From NCBI GenBank assembly GCA_021772615.1, contig JAJFLQ010000029.1:9338-73337 (forward strand): a stretch of 64,000 nucleotides of DNA, in the 5' to 3' direction. This DNA is from Verrucomicrobiota bacterium (GTDB taxonomy: Bacteria > Verrucomicrobiota > Lentisphaeria > JABSQK01 > JAJFLO01). Each line of letters opens with the position of its first letter. The first letter of the stretch is position 1. Position numbers and translations under genes: made by a program. Below the pieces are notes generated by a model. That model did no database searches, was not told the DNA's origin, and worked only from the letters and a program-made list of their open reading frames with translations. This document shows, piece by piece, positions 26,101-36,100 of this stretch.

Positions 26101-29100
26101 ACCAGGGAATTATCCGCAAACAGAACAGCTATGCCCTAAGTATCAGAAACGGAACTATACAATACGGACCCGGAACGCAGTGGACGTGGTTCAATACCGG
26201 GATTGTTCCGCCTACGGGACGCTGGTTTCACATAGCCGCGGTTTGGGACGGTCAGGTGGAGAAATTTTTTATCGACGGTAAAAAACGTGGCAGCACGTTA
26301 AATTTCACGGACGGCGCCATTCCCGATACAGCCGGTCCCGTACACATTGGCTTCGATGACAACGGCTGGTATCTGAACGGATTGATCGACGACGTGCGGG
26401 TCTGGAACGTCATCCGCTCCGAGGACGAAATCCACGACAACATGAACCGGGAACTCACGGGACTGGAAAGCGGGCTCGTTGGATACTGGAAATTCAACGG
26501 CGATGCCCTCGATCATACGCCGTTCCAGAATCACGGCGTTCAGGCCGACAATGCAATGCCGTTCGGGCCACCGGCGATTCAGGCATTCGAATCGCTTCAG
26601 GTGGTATCCTGGGAACGTATCGACGAGAGCGCCGACGACGGTTTCACGCCCGGCAATCCGATCGGCTTCAAGGTCTGGACGACGATCAACGGGTATCCGT
26701 CGGAATTCGATGCCGTTGGCCAATTCTCGGCCGGCGACGGCACGTTTGGCTACGGCCGGTACGCCGTCGCGCAGCTGACGGTCGCGACGCCTCAGCTGAC
26801 GGTGACGCCCACGGAGTTGTTCAACCCGATCGAGGAGCCGGCGTCGGTGGCACGCACACTGACGGTCGAAAATACCGGCGACGAAACGCTGGTGTACGAC
26901 ATCATTCTGCGCTTCACCGATCCCGCGTCGCCGCCGGCGACCTGGCTGGAGGTGTCGCAGACGTCGGGGACGCTCGAACCGGGAGTATCCGAAACCATTG
27001 ACGTCACGCTGTCAACCGCGGGACTCAATGACGGCCTGTACCAGGCGGAGCTGGAATTTACCGGCAACACCCCCACTCCAGAGCCGGTCGTCGTACCCGT
27101 GCGCATCAATGTCACCGGCAATCCGCAGATCGACGTTTCAGACGCTGCGATCGCGTTCGGCAGCGTTGAAGTGGGACAGTCCGCATCGCGGACGCTAACC
27201 ATTTCCAACATCGGCACCGATGCCCTCGACATCACGGCGATTGACGTGCAGGATGGCGCGATCCTGACGCTCGACCATCCCGGCGACCTGCCGATCGCGC
27301 TCGAGCCGGCCGCGACGCTCGCGGTCACGGTGGTCTTTGCACCGGCCGCCGCGGGCGATATCACCGATCGCATTGCGATTGCGTCGAACGCCGAAAACGC
27401 GCCGACCCTCGAGGTGCCGGTGACAGGCACGGGGTTGACGCCGCCGGATCTGACGATCGCGACAACGGCCTGGAGCGGCACCTACGACGCGGACACCGTG
27501 AACGCCGACAGCATCACCTTCTCGAACGAGGGGCAGTCGCCGGTTGACTTTACCATCAGCGGCGCCGTGCCGTGGCTGGCGGTGACGCCGACCGCAAGCA
27601 CCATGATCGCCGCCGGCGAATCGCTCGATGTCGCGTTGTCGATCAGCACAATCGGTCTCGTCACCGGCACGTACACGGGTTCGCTCACGGTTGCGTCAAA
27701 CGATCCCGACGAACCGGAGATCGCCCTCTCGTTTACCCTGACGGTTGTCGGCGCGCCGCGGCTGGCCGTCGCCGACAGCCTCGATTTTCCCGCGACCGCG
27801 GTCGGAGCGGAACGCGAGCTGCCGCTGACGCTGGCCAACACCGGCAGCGACACCCTGCTGGTGTCGTCGGTGACGGTTTCGCATCCGGTGTTTTCCGTTG
27901 ACTTCGAACCGACGCTGTCGATCGCACCCGGGACATCGTCGGCCGTGCCCGTTGTCTTCACGCCGGCCGCCGACGGGAACTTCCAGGGTATCCTCGAAAT
28001 TACCTCGAACTCGGCCGATGCGGCATCCCATCAGATTGCGCTGCGCGGCGCCGGCTTTCGCCCGCCGGATATCGCGGTATCGCCGGAGTCAATCGCGTTG
28101 ACGCTGCCGACCGGCACGCAGGACACCGTCGACCTCACGGTGTCCAACACCGGTTCGTTCCCGTTGACCTATGAAATCGCTCCGGAAGCGTCCGGGAAAA
28201 CGGCGCTGTCGCTCGATCGCGCCGGCGAGTTCGTAAAGGTCCGGCATCATCCCAGCCTCGACATCGAGGACGCGCTGACGCTCGAGGCGTGGATCAACCT
28301 GCGCACCGGCCAGGACCAGGTTATCGTCGCCAAGGAATCGGACGCGATCGGGCCCTGGCGTCTGTGGGTCAACGGCGGTGGAAACCTGGAGTTTCAGCTC
28401 AACGTCAATCGCAGGGTAACATCCGCGGAGGTCGTCCCGGTGGATCAATGGACGCATGTCGCCGCCACCTTTGACGGCGCCGCACTGCGGCTCTACATCG
28501 ACGGCGAACTCAGCAACGAAGCCGTCTACCCACTGTTCTCGATCAACCGCAACAACGACGATCTCCGGATCGGCCGGGCCCACGACGGCACGGCGTTCGA
28601 CGGACTTATCGACGAACTGCGCATCTGGAACCGGACGCGCGATCCGTCGGAAATTCAGGCGCTGCGCAATCAGTCGCTGAAGGGTACCGAGGACGGACTG
28701 GTGCTGTACTTCACCTTCGACAGCGACGGCGGAAACGCCGCCGTGGATACATCCCTGCAGGGCAACAACGGCACCTACTTCGGCGGCGCCGCGCGTACCG
28801 CGTCGACGGCGCCGATCAACGCTTTTCTGGTCGTGACCCCGCTCGGCGGCGCGGTCGAACCGGCGATGACCGCGACGATCACCGTCGAGATCGACAGCGC
28901 CGGTCTCGCGTCCAACCTGTATTCGACGTCGCTGTCGATCCTGTCGGACGACCCCGACGAATCCGTCGTGGCCGTACCGATATCGTTAACCGTCACCGGC
29001 CAGGGATTGGTCCGCACGGAGCCGACGCAGCTGGACTTCCCCGATACCGCCGCCGGAATTACCACGACGGCTTCGCTGACGGTGTTCAACGACGGATCGG

Positions 29101-32100
29101 ATGCGCTCAATATCTTTGACTGGGAACTCGACAGTGCGGCTTTCGCGACGTCCGCGTCGCCGCTGACGATTCTGCCGTTTTCGAGCCGGTCGCTAACGGT
29201 CTTTTTCACACCCACGGCGGCAGGGCTGCACGAAGACATCCTCACGATTGTCAGCGACGCATCGAATACCGACCGCCTGACCGTCGCGCTGTCCGGGACG
29301 GGAACGGAACCGGCCACGATTGCGGTTGCGCCGGCAAGCATCGATGCGGCGCTCGATTTCGATCAATCAACGATTGATACCCTCGACATCACCAATACCG
29401 GCGGCAGCGTTCTCGACTACAGCATTGTCGCCGGGCAAACCACAATCGGGGGCCGGGGACTTCGGTTTCTCGACGGCGTAGCGGAAGTCGCCAACCCCGG
29501 CGGCTTCGATGCGCAAACGCTGACGGTCGAGGCCTGGGTCCGCCCCGAGCATGCCGACAACGACGAGATTCCAGCGGTATTCGTCCGCGCCGATCGTTTT
29601 AATGCCCAGATCTTTGCGTTGCGCATGTGGACCGGCTCGATCGCCGGCAGCACCGCCGGCGCGGGGTACGAGGTCGTGGTCAATAATGTAGGCAGCGGCC
29701 CGATTCCGTTTCCGTTCGCAGCGGGACAGTGGGTGCACCTGGCCCTGGCGTTTTCCGTGGAAACGGCGGTGTTGTACGTCAACGGCTCGCCGGTGCTGTC
29801 GTTGCCGAAGACATTGTTGTCGTACGCTGATGCCGATGCCTTTATGATCGGAAACGACCCCACCGGCAACCGCGCGTTCACGGGCGCCGTCGACGAGGTT
29901 CGCATCTGGTCGGCAACCCGGAGCGCCGCCGAGCTGAACGCCGGCAGGACGGCGCCGCTCACCGGTGACGAGGACGGCCTCGTTGCGTACTACCCCTTCA
30001 CAGGCGGACTGGTCAATGATCGCTACGTCATCGATGCGTCGCCCCGCAACAATCTGCTCGCCGTAAGCGGCGACGTCGTCATCAGTACCCAGTCGCCGGC
30101 GCCCGTGGCGACGGCCGCCGGCGCCTGGCTCGGCGCCGACCCGTCGACCGGGGCCGTCGCCGCCGGCCTGTCGCAGTCGCAAAGCATCACGATCGACGCG
30201 ACGGGACTGCACTTCGGCAGCCACGCAGACCGGCTCATCGTGATCTCCAACGACGCGGCAAACGGCGTGATCGACATCCCGGTTACCCTGACGGTATCGG
30301 CGCCGCGGGTTGAGCTGTCGACGACCGGGATCGACTTCGGCGACATCGCCATCGGCGCACAAAACACGCGGACCCTGAACGTGTGGAACACCGGCAATCG
30401 CCCGCTCATCATTACCGGCTACACCCTGCTCGATGCCGCGGACTTCACCCACGACGGCGCCGCCGACGCCACCCTGGCCCCCGACGAGCAGCTGTCGCTG
30501 GCGATCGTCTTCGCGCCCGGCAGCCTGGGGACGTTCACGGACCGGCTCACGATTTCCACCAACATCGGCGATCATGACATCGCGCTGCTGGGGATCAGCC
30601 ACGTACCGCTGCCCGATATCCGGGTCGAGCCGACCGAACTGAACGTCGAGACGGCCGAAAACACCGTGCTCTCCAGGTTCATCACCATAACCAACGACGG
30701 CGAAGCCGATCTGACCGCGGACGTCGCAGCGGCACGAAGCTGGATTTCGATCGATCCCGCTTCCGCCGAGATCATGCCGACGCTGTCGCGGCTGGTGACC
30801 GTCGATATCGATACAACCGGCATCCTCCCGGGCGATTATGCCGAGACGCTCGAGATCACCAGCAACGATCTCGACGCACCAACGATCCTGGTGCCGATCA
30901 CAATCGATGTCGGCCCGGACCCCGAACTGCAGCTGGGGCAATCGGAGGTCGCCGTGACGCTGTCGTTCGGCGGCACGACCACCGTGCAGCTTGACATCAA
31001 CAACACCGGCGCGGGCTCGCTCGGTTATACATTGACGGAAAGCGTGGACTGGCTGTCGATCGGCGACCCGACCGGTATTGTGCCCGGCAATTCCTCCGCA
31101 TCGGTTGGTATCGCGGTGGCCGCGGGCGCCTTGCGCGGCGGCCACCACGACGCCGTCATCATCATTGATTCGAATGCCGGCAACGTCACCGTGCCGGTGC
31201 GACTGTCCGTGGCCGAACCCGCCCTTGCCGACAACCTGCCCCCGGCCGTAACCGTGAAGCTGTTTCCGGACGAAACCGATACCGCGACGATCGCTGTTTC
31301 GAACGAAGGCCTGGCGCCGCTGAACCTCGACCTCACCGGATTCGCGAGCACAGGATGGTTGACCATCGACACGCCCCAACGCGTCGTCGCACCAGGGGCG
31401 ACGGATTCCGTAATCCTGGAGTTCAATACCGAAGGACAGGAGGAAGGCAGCCGGCTCTCGGCCGTCGTCCAGATAACGCATGACGATCCGGGGCGCATCT
31501 CGCCGATTGCCCTGACGGCGAATCTCGACGTGTACCGGTTCGCCCGATTTTCCGCGGCCGACGTCAATCAGGATGTCGGCTACCAGCCCGGTGAAACGAT
31601 TACCCTGACGGCGGCGCTGACCGCGCCGAACGGTTCGCAGACCGTAACGGTGACCTCCGAACTGACCGATGCCGCCAATGCGTCGCTCGCCGTCGTCACC
31701 GACACGGTGAATCTCGCACCGGGCAGCGCGAACGGGTTGACGACGGCGCTGGCCATACCGGAATCCGGGGTCGCCCACGGCATCGCGCAGCTGGTCGTGG
31801 TTGCCTCGGACACGGATCGCGGCGTCGTCCAGGACACGCAAACCATCGACGTACCCGTCGGCGTGCCGGTACCCGAAGTATCTGAAGACACGATCGATTT
31901 CAGCGACATCCTTGCCGGCGCCGCGGCGTCCCGCGAACTGACCATTTCCAACACGGGCGACCTCACGCTTACTCCGGCGTTGTCGCCGTTGACGCCGCCG
32001 TATTCGGCGACGCTGTCATCGGACCGGGTCGCGCCCGGCGACACTGCCGCGGTGACCGTGACCTTCGCACCGACGGTCACCGGCGACTTCACGGCGCAGC

Positions 32101-33131
32101 TCGTGATCCGCACCAATGCGGGCGACGTGCCGGTGAGCCTCAGCGGCACCAGCGTTGAAAGCAATATCGCCGTGACCCCGAACAGTCTCTTCGAAGTCCT
32201 TGGATTCGGGCAGACATCGATCCGCGCTCTCAATATTTCGAATACGGGTAACGGCGCCCTGACCTGGACGTTTCCCGCGGTCGACGAGAACGCCGCCGCG
32301 AACGGACTGCGGCTGGACGAAACCGCCGGGCACTTCAGTGTCCCCGCGATGGACGGTGTCGCGTTCGACGCACTCACCGTCGAAGCGTGGATCTATCCGC
32401 AACCGCAGCAGGACGAGACGTTCATCGTATCCCAGGCGTCCTCGACCGCACTGGCCGACGGATTCGCGTTGCACGCAGACCATGCATCGGCAATGCTGCG
32501 GTTCACGGTGAGCGGCACGTTGCTCGAAACATCGCTTGCGTTCCCGGAACAACGCTGGTCGCACGTTGCCGGGACATTCGACGGCGCGGCGATCCGGCTA
32601 TACGTCAACGGCCTGCAGGTCGGCGGGCCGCTGGCCCGGAATCAACCGGTCGAAGCGGCGCCGGCGCCGCTTGTTGTCGGCGCCGGACCGGATCTTTCCG
32701 GGAATTGGCGGGGGATGATCGATCAGGTTCGAATCTGGCATACCGCCCGCACGCCGGAGCAGTTAGCGGCGACGATGCGAGTAGCTGCCGTCGGCGCTTC
32801 CGCTGAACTGGCCGGTTACTGGACATTTGACGAGAACGGCGACGACAGCTCCGGGCTCGCGCGACACGGCGTCTTCAGCGGCGGCGCCGCGATCCTCCCG
32901 TCGGCGGCGCCGCTGGGCAATCAGTGGTTCTCGGTGTCGAGCCGGGCCGGATCGGTGCCGCCCGGCGAGACCGTCGTCGTCCACGCCGTCTTCCGCACCC
33001 TCGGCAATACCATTCGATTTTCGCGGAGCCTGGTGATTCGTTCAAACGACCCGCAGACGCCGCAGCTGGTCATACCGGTTTCACTGGACGTCGAGAATCT
33101 CGATGCGATTTGCGAAGAACATTTTTTTTAA
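23172..33131 (+). CDS. Large secreted Ig-array protein (many ASH/choice-of-anchor-D and BACON-like domains) with 5 LamG domains and 3 GDEIGVFDG modules
   Basis: 3,319-aa ORF with signal peptide. Repeated xxFGxVxxG...TxxNxG..PL...SNDPD units. LamG-like domains at about 24380, 25985, 28200, 29455 and 32305 (T(L/V)EAW...W.H.A...DEVRIW). Confidence 0.9.
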   Translation: MTRRLPISCWCTLMSMLVAVAAPAQSVPPAFTPVAPTGLPYSVIVSGVTLNDEPLTADAQIGVFDGDLCVGAATIGNAGQIVITTWKGDDALAIPGFVAGNAIGFRIRTSWFSEIQTFEGAATVLEGGDSFGDGHFSLVAVAVTTTLAPEVSVNPVRLEFGQTDLGIAVTREFTVANDGDAILQVPAIVTDHLYYLVSPTSMTLAPTESQTVTVTFNPAAAGGFSAHVTVHSDDPGTPAATVDLVGIGLPPPRPELAILNDTVTFGQVAAGRSRTRDIRLANQGNADLVIHSITSNGSSFSVGAPTSFTMPSKSSRSAPITYAPSAAGQHSATITINSNDGAAAIAVSGEATPGHFADIPTTGIGGYSIIIDRVDLNKKSWFEPGDEIGVFDGETLVGVGGVGNALQLDGIDDHVQVADSNAFDLPGAVTIECRIRAGSVDDGVAGIIGKGRNYGLFLHPDRRLELVYRNGAGREVRIESTAGALPADQWHHIAGVIDVAASTMTIYVDGAPVASGVAPENMTTNSDPLTIGAASNNVSQQFLPGLVDEVRVWNVARSQADIDTNKAMSIRQNQSGLVASWTFDDGTLRSSVSGQYTGTFAGGARLAATNALPHNNVIFVWQRHEGLGLDGYTPGNPISFRLWSNLFGVFEELDAAPEFIIGDGHFGTGTLSVVRLSAVSDSEPNIAVDIDSLYLGQLPIHESVTSTVSITNSGNTPLTILSISETSTVFSLTHQSATVQPDETLDVIATFSPVVPGTHGTTMTIVSNDPDEPVIDVDLSGFGLPAGRAEISLSTASVNFGGVVIGESETKIFRIANTGTAPLTVTGISSGDPSFVATPNAFTLTNTNDVQDVSVVFSPGQRRSFSDILSITSNADTRSLAVTGIGFDGHFPAAVETGLPYQIVIDNTTLNEFLTSGDEIGVYDGDRIVGRGVVPLFGNSLSLDGNGDLVDVADDNVLDGMLHLTLEAWVYLNNTGHQGIIRKQNSYALSIRNGTIQYGPGTQWTWFNTGIVPPTGRWFHIAAVWDGQVEKFFIDGKKRGSTLNFTDGAIPDTAGPVHIGFDDNGWYLNGLIDDVRVWNVIRSEDEIHDNMNRELTGLESGLVGYWKFNGDALDHTPFQNHGVQADNAMPFGPPAIQAFESLQVVSWERIDESADDGFTPGNPIGFKVWTTINGYPSEFDAVGQFSAGDGTFGYGRYAVAQLTVATPQLTVTPTELFNPIEEPASVARTLTVENTGDETLVYDIILRFTDPASPPATWLEVSQTSGTLEPGVSETIDVTLSTAGLNDGLYQAELEFTGNTPTPEPVVVPVRINVTGNPQIDVSDAAIAFGSVEVGQSASRTLTISNIGTDALDITAIDVQDGAILTLDHPGDLPIALEPAATLAVTVVFAPAAAGDITDRIAIASNAENAPTLEVPVTGTGLTPPDLTIATTAWSGTYDADTVNADSITFSNEGQSPVDFTISGAVPWLAVTPTASTMIAAGESLDVALSISTIGLVTGTYTGSLTVASNDPDEPEIALSFTLTVVGAPRLAVADSLDFPATAVGAERELPLTLANTGSDTLLVSSVTVSHPVFSVDFEPTLSIAPGTSSAVPVVFTPAADGNFQGILEITSNSADAASHQIALRGAGFRPPDIAVSPESIALTLPTGTQDTVDLTVSNTGSFPLTYEIAPEASGKTALSLDRAGEFVKVRHHPSLDIEDALTLEAWINLRTGQDQVIVAKESDAIGPWRLWVNGGGNLEFQLNVNRRVTSAEVVPVDQWTHVAATFDGAALRLYIDGELSNEAVYPLFSINRNNDDLRIGRAHDGTAFDGLIDELRIWNRTRDPSEIQALRNQSLKGTEDGLVLYFTFDSDGGNAAVDTSLQGNNGTYFGGAARTASTAPINAFLVVTPLGGAVEPAMTATITVEIDSAGLASNLYSTSLSILSDDPDESVVAVPISLTVTGQGLVRTEPTQLDFPDTAAGITTTASLTVFNDGSDALNIFDWELDSAAFATSASPLTILPFSSRSLTVFFTPTAAGLHEDILTIVSDASNTDRLTVALSGTGTEPATIAVAPASIDAALDFDQSTIDTLDITNTGGSVLDYSIVAGQTTIGGRGLRFLDGVAEVANPGGFDAQTLTVEAWVRPEHADNDEIPAVFVRADRFNAQIFALRMWTGSIAGSTAGAGYEVVVNNVGSGPIPFPFAAGQWVHLALAFSVETAVLYVNGSPVLSLPKTLLSYADADAFMIGNDPTGNRAFTGAVDEVRIWSATRSAAELNAGRTAPLTGDEDGLVAYYPFTGGLVNDRYVIDASPRNNLLAVSGDVVISTQSPAPVATAAGAWLGADPSTGAVAAGLSQSQSITIDATGLHFGSHADRLIVISNDAANGVIDIPVTLTVSAPRVELSTTGIDFGDIAIGAQNTRTLNVWNTGNRPLIITGYTLLDAADFTHDGAADATLAPDEQLSLAIVFAPGSLGTFTDRLTISTNIGDHDIALLGISHVPLPDIRVEPTELNVETAENTVLSRFITITNDGEADLTADVAAARSWISIDPASAEIMPTLSRLVTVDIDTTGILPGDYAETLEITSNDLDAPTILVPITIDVGPDPELQLGQSEVAVTLSFGGTTTVQLDINNTGAGSLGYTLTESVDWLSIGDPTGIVPGNSSASVGIAVAAGALRGGHHDAVIIIDSNAGNVTVPVRLSVAEPALADNLPPAVTVKLFPDETDTATIAVSNEGLAPLNLDLTGFASTGWLTIDTPQRVVAPGATDSVILEFNTEGQEEGSRLSAVVQITHDDPGRISPIALTANLDVYRFARFSAADVNQDVGYQPGETITLTAALTAPNGSQTVTVTSELTDAANASLAVVTDTVNLAPGSANGLTTALAIPESGVAHGIAQLVVVASDTDRGVVQDTQTIDVPVGVPVPEVSEDTIDFSDILAGAAASRELTISNTGDLTLTPALSPLTPPYSATLSSDRVAPGDTAAVTVTFAPTVTGDFTAQLVIRTNAGDVPVSLSGTSVESNIAVTPNSLFEVLGFGQTSIRALNISNTGNGALTWTFPAVDENAAANGLRLDETAGHFSVPAMDGVAFDALTVEAWIYPQPQQDETFIVSQASSTALADGFALHADHASAMLRFTVSGTLLETSLAFPEQRWSHVAGTFDGAAIRLYVNGLQVGGPLARNQPVEAAPAPLVVGAGPDLSGNWRGMIDQVRIWHTARTPEQLAATMRVAAVGASAELAGYWTFDENGDDSSGLARHGVFSGGAAILPSAAPLGNQWFSVSSRAGSVPPGETVVVHAVFRTLGNTIRFSRSLVIRSNDPQTPQLVIPVSLDVENLDAICEEHFF

Positions 33132-36100
33132 CCCACACGTCAGGCACATATTGCGTATTGTACTCACATTTCTTATCGCCGCGCTGATTGCCGGCCACAC
33201 GGCGACAGCCACGATCAATCGAATTGACCTGCCCGCGGCGCCGCAGGCAGGCGACATCGATATCGATGTGTCGACCACCATGGCGCCGTCCGACACCGGC
33301 GAACTCGTCCAGACGCGCGTCACGGTCGCCGAACTCGACGCGTATCTGGCAACGGCGAACCGATCGACGGCGGCGGGATCGGATTTGGTCAACCGACAGG
33401 TGTTCGCCGCATTGCGGACGGCTATGCTGCACGCGGATGTGATCGAGCTGGAACACACCACCGACGCGACTTCCGACACGCTCGAATTCACGGCGCCGTT
33501 GACAACGCCGCTGACGGCGCGCTCGCTGATTCTGATCGAGACATCAACGGCCCCGGCGACCGATCCCGACGACGACTATGCCGAGGCCGCGCGTTTATTT
33601 ACCGTCGACCGAACCGCACCGTTCATTTCCGAGCTGTCCGTGTTTCGCGTCGCAACCGACTACAGCTTTGCCGCCACCGCCGAGATATCCGGCAACAGCG
33701 ATATTGCCTCGGTCTCGTTCCGGCTGATCGCGGCGCCGCCGTCGGTCCTGATCCGCGAGTCCGGCGTCCTGTCGACGCTCGACCACGTGTTCACCGGCCC
33801 GGAGGTTCAGCATATCACCGCGGCGGCGCCGGATCAGCGTACGTTTTCGACGGTTCACCACCTCCGCGACGACGCCCGGCTCGCACGCGAGGACATCCTC
33901 ATCCTGCTGACAACCGTTACCGATCAATTCGGCAATGTCCGGACCCAATCCGAACTGTTCCCGGCAAACGATCTCGTGCCCGTGGATATTTCCGGTATTA
34001 CCGTGATGCCGGCGTCGATTTCGCTTGGCGGCTTCGGGGACGACGTCGACCTTCACGTTTTCGGGTCACTCGACGATCAGGGTCAGGTCGAGCTGTCGAC
34101 GGACAACGGCCTGGTCCTGACCAGCCTGAATCACGACATCGCCCTGGTCGACGCAAACGGCACGGTGTCCGGCGTCCTCGCGGGCACGACCGCGATCCAC
34201 ATCGATTATGCAGGGTTCGAGCACACCGTCGATGTCATCGTCGACGGCGAGATCGAGCTGGACGCCGTTCGTGTCGGTGCGCCGGTAGTCGAACTCGACG
34301 CGGTGGGCGACCGGTTTCAGCTCAACGTGACTGGTGTGCTGTCGAACGGCAACGAGATCGACCTGGTTGCCGGCGGCTACCCACTGGCGTTCATCGCCGC
34401 GACACCGGATGTAGTGACGATCTCGAACGCCGGCCTCGTCACCGGCGCGCAACCCGGCGCAACCGAGGTCACGGTAAACTGTCCGTACTTCCCGGCTCTG
34501 TCGACGTCGTTCACCGTGCACGTCGCCGACGGCCCGCCCGAGATCGAACTGAGCGCAAACCGGCGCAGCGTCCCCGAAGACCAGGAGATCCGGGTCACTG
34601 CCGACGTCAGCGACGACATCGGCCCCGAAGGCATCGCCGCCGTGGTCTTCGTCGTCGACGACATTCCGATCTTCACCGACACCACGTTCCCGTACGACAT
34701 CACGATCCGCGCGCCCGAGCGCCGGGCCGGGACGCTGCTGCGCATTTCCGCGATTGTCACCGATCAGGCCGGCAACGCCGTTACCGCAACACCGCTGCGA
34801 ATCCCCGTGACAGCGCCGCTCGATACATCGACACACGCATCCGGCGCGTTGCGTTTCTACACCCCGGACGACGAAAACGCGTATCAGCAATTGCTGTCAC
34901 TCGAGGGCAAGTCAGGCTACACCATCGACGCCGACCCCGTGGTTCTCGGCGGCAACTTCGTCGCCGGCACGCTGCTCGATCTGCGCGTCATCGTCGATGC
35001 CGGCCAGTTTGATCGGATGGAGCTGCTGGTCAACGGCACGCGCGTCGCCAGTGAGACGCGCTCGAGACCGCTGATAGCGCGACCGCCCGGCACGACGCCG
35101 GGCGCTGCCGCGTTGGTCCTCGCCGAGGCGAGTTATTCCCTGTCCACCGTCATCCCGACGCGCGAAGTCGGGCGGACCATGATCGTGATCGCGCGCGGAT
35201 TCCGCAACGGCAAACACCTGGACTCACCAGCCGGCATCATCCAGGTCGTCGCCGACCGGCCGCCGCGCGTCGCGATCACGTCGCACCTCGACGGCGCCGC
35301 GGTGCGCGACGGCACGGATCACGTGATCACGGCCACGGTGACGGACGACCTGATGAACCACGGCGCCTTTGTCGAATTTTTTATCAACGAACAGTCGGTG
35401 CTCGTCACCGACGACCGCGTGTCGAGCGTCGCCAACGACAGCGCGCCCGAAGCGTTCGGGAGCCGGCCCTACCGCTACACGCTCACCATCCCCGAGAACT
35501 CGCTTGGCGAGACCTACGATATCCGTGCCGTCGCGATGGATAAGGCCGGCCACTTCGAGAGTTCCGAGACGGTGACGCTGATCGTTCAGCCGAACGCGCC
35601 GCCACAGCTTGAGATTGTCGCGCCGTTGCCCAACTCGGAATGGGTCGCGGGAAGTGTCCTGACCATCAACGCGAACGTCACTGACGACGGCCGCTTCGGC
35701 CCGGTCAGTTACTATGTGAACGACGAGCGCGTCGCGGTCAACACCGCCGGCGTACCGGCATCGTTCCGAATCGCCGCCGATCGGGCGGGCGACGACCTCG
35801 TGATTGCAGCCGAAGTGACCGATGACAACGGGTTGCAGGACCGCGACGAGGTGCTTGTGAGCGTGATCGGCGACGACATTCCGCCGGCTGTCGCGATTGC
35901 CGTTCCTCACGATCAATCAACCGTGGTCGAGACGCGGAACATTGCCTTTGTCGCAGGCGGTTTCGACAATCTGGGGATCGCACGTGTAGCATTCTTTGTC
36001 AATGGCGGTGATGAACCGTTTCATACCGCCACGGCCGATGAAATCATGCAGAATTCCGACAAGACCTTCATCGTCAATGCCGTCTACGACCACACCCGTT

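Noticed and set aside
29367-31841. 824-aa minus-strand ORF
   Set aside because: Antisense shadow of the 3,319-aa gene; Arg/Gly/Val-rich with no domain pattern, as expected from high-GC codon bias.
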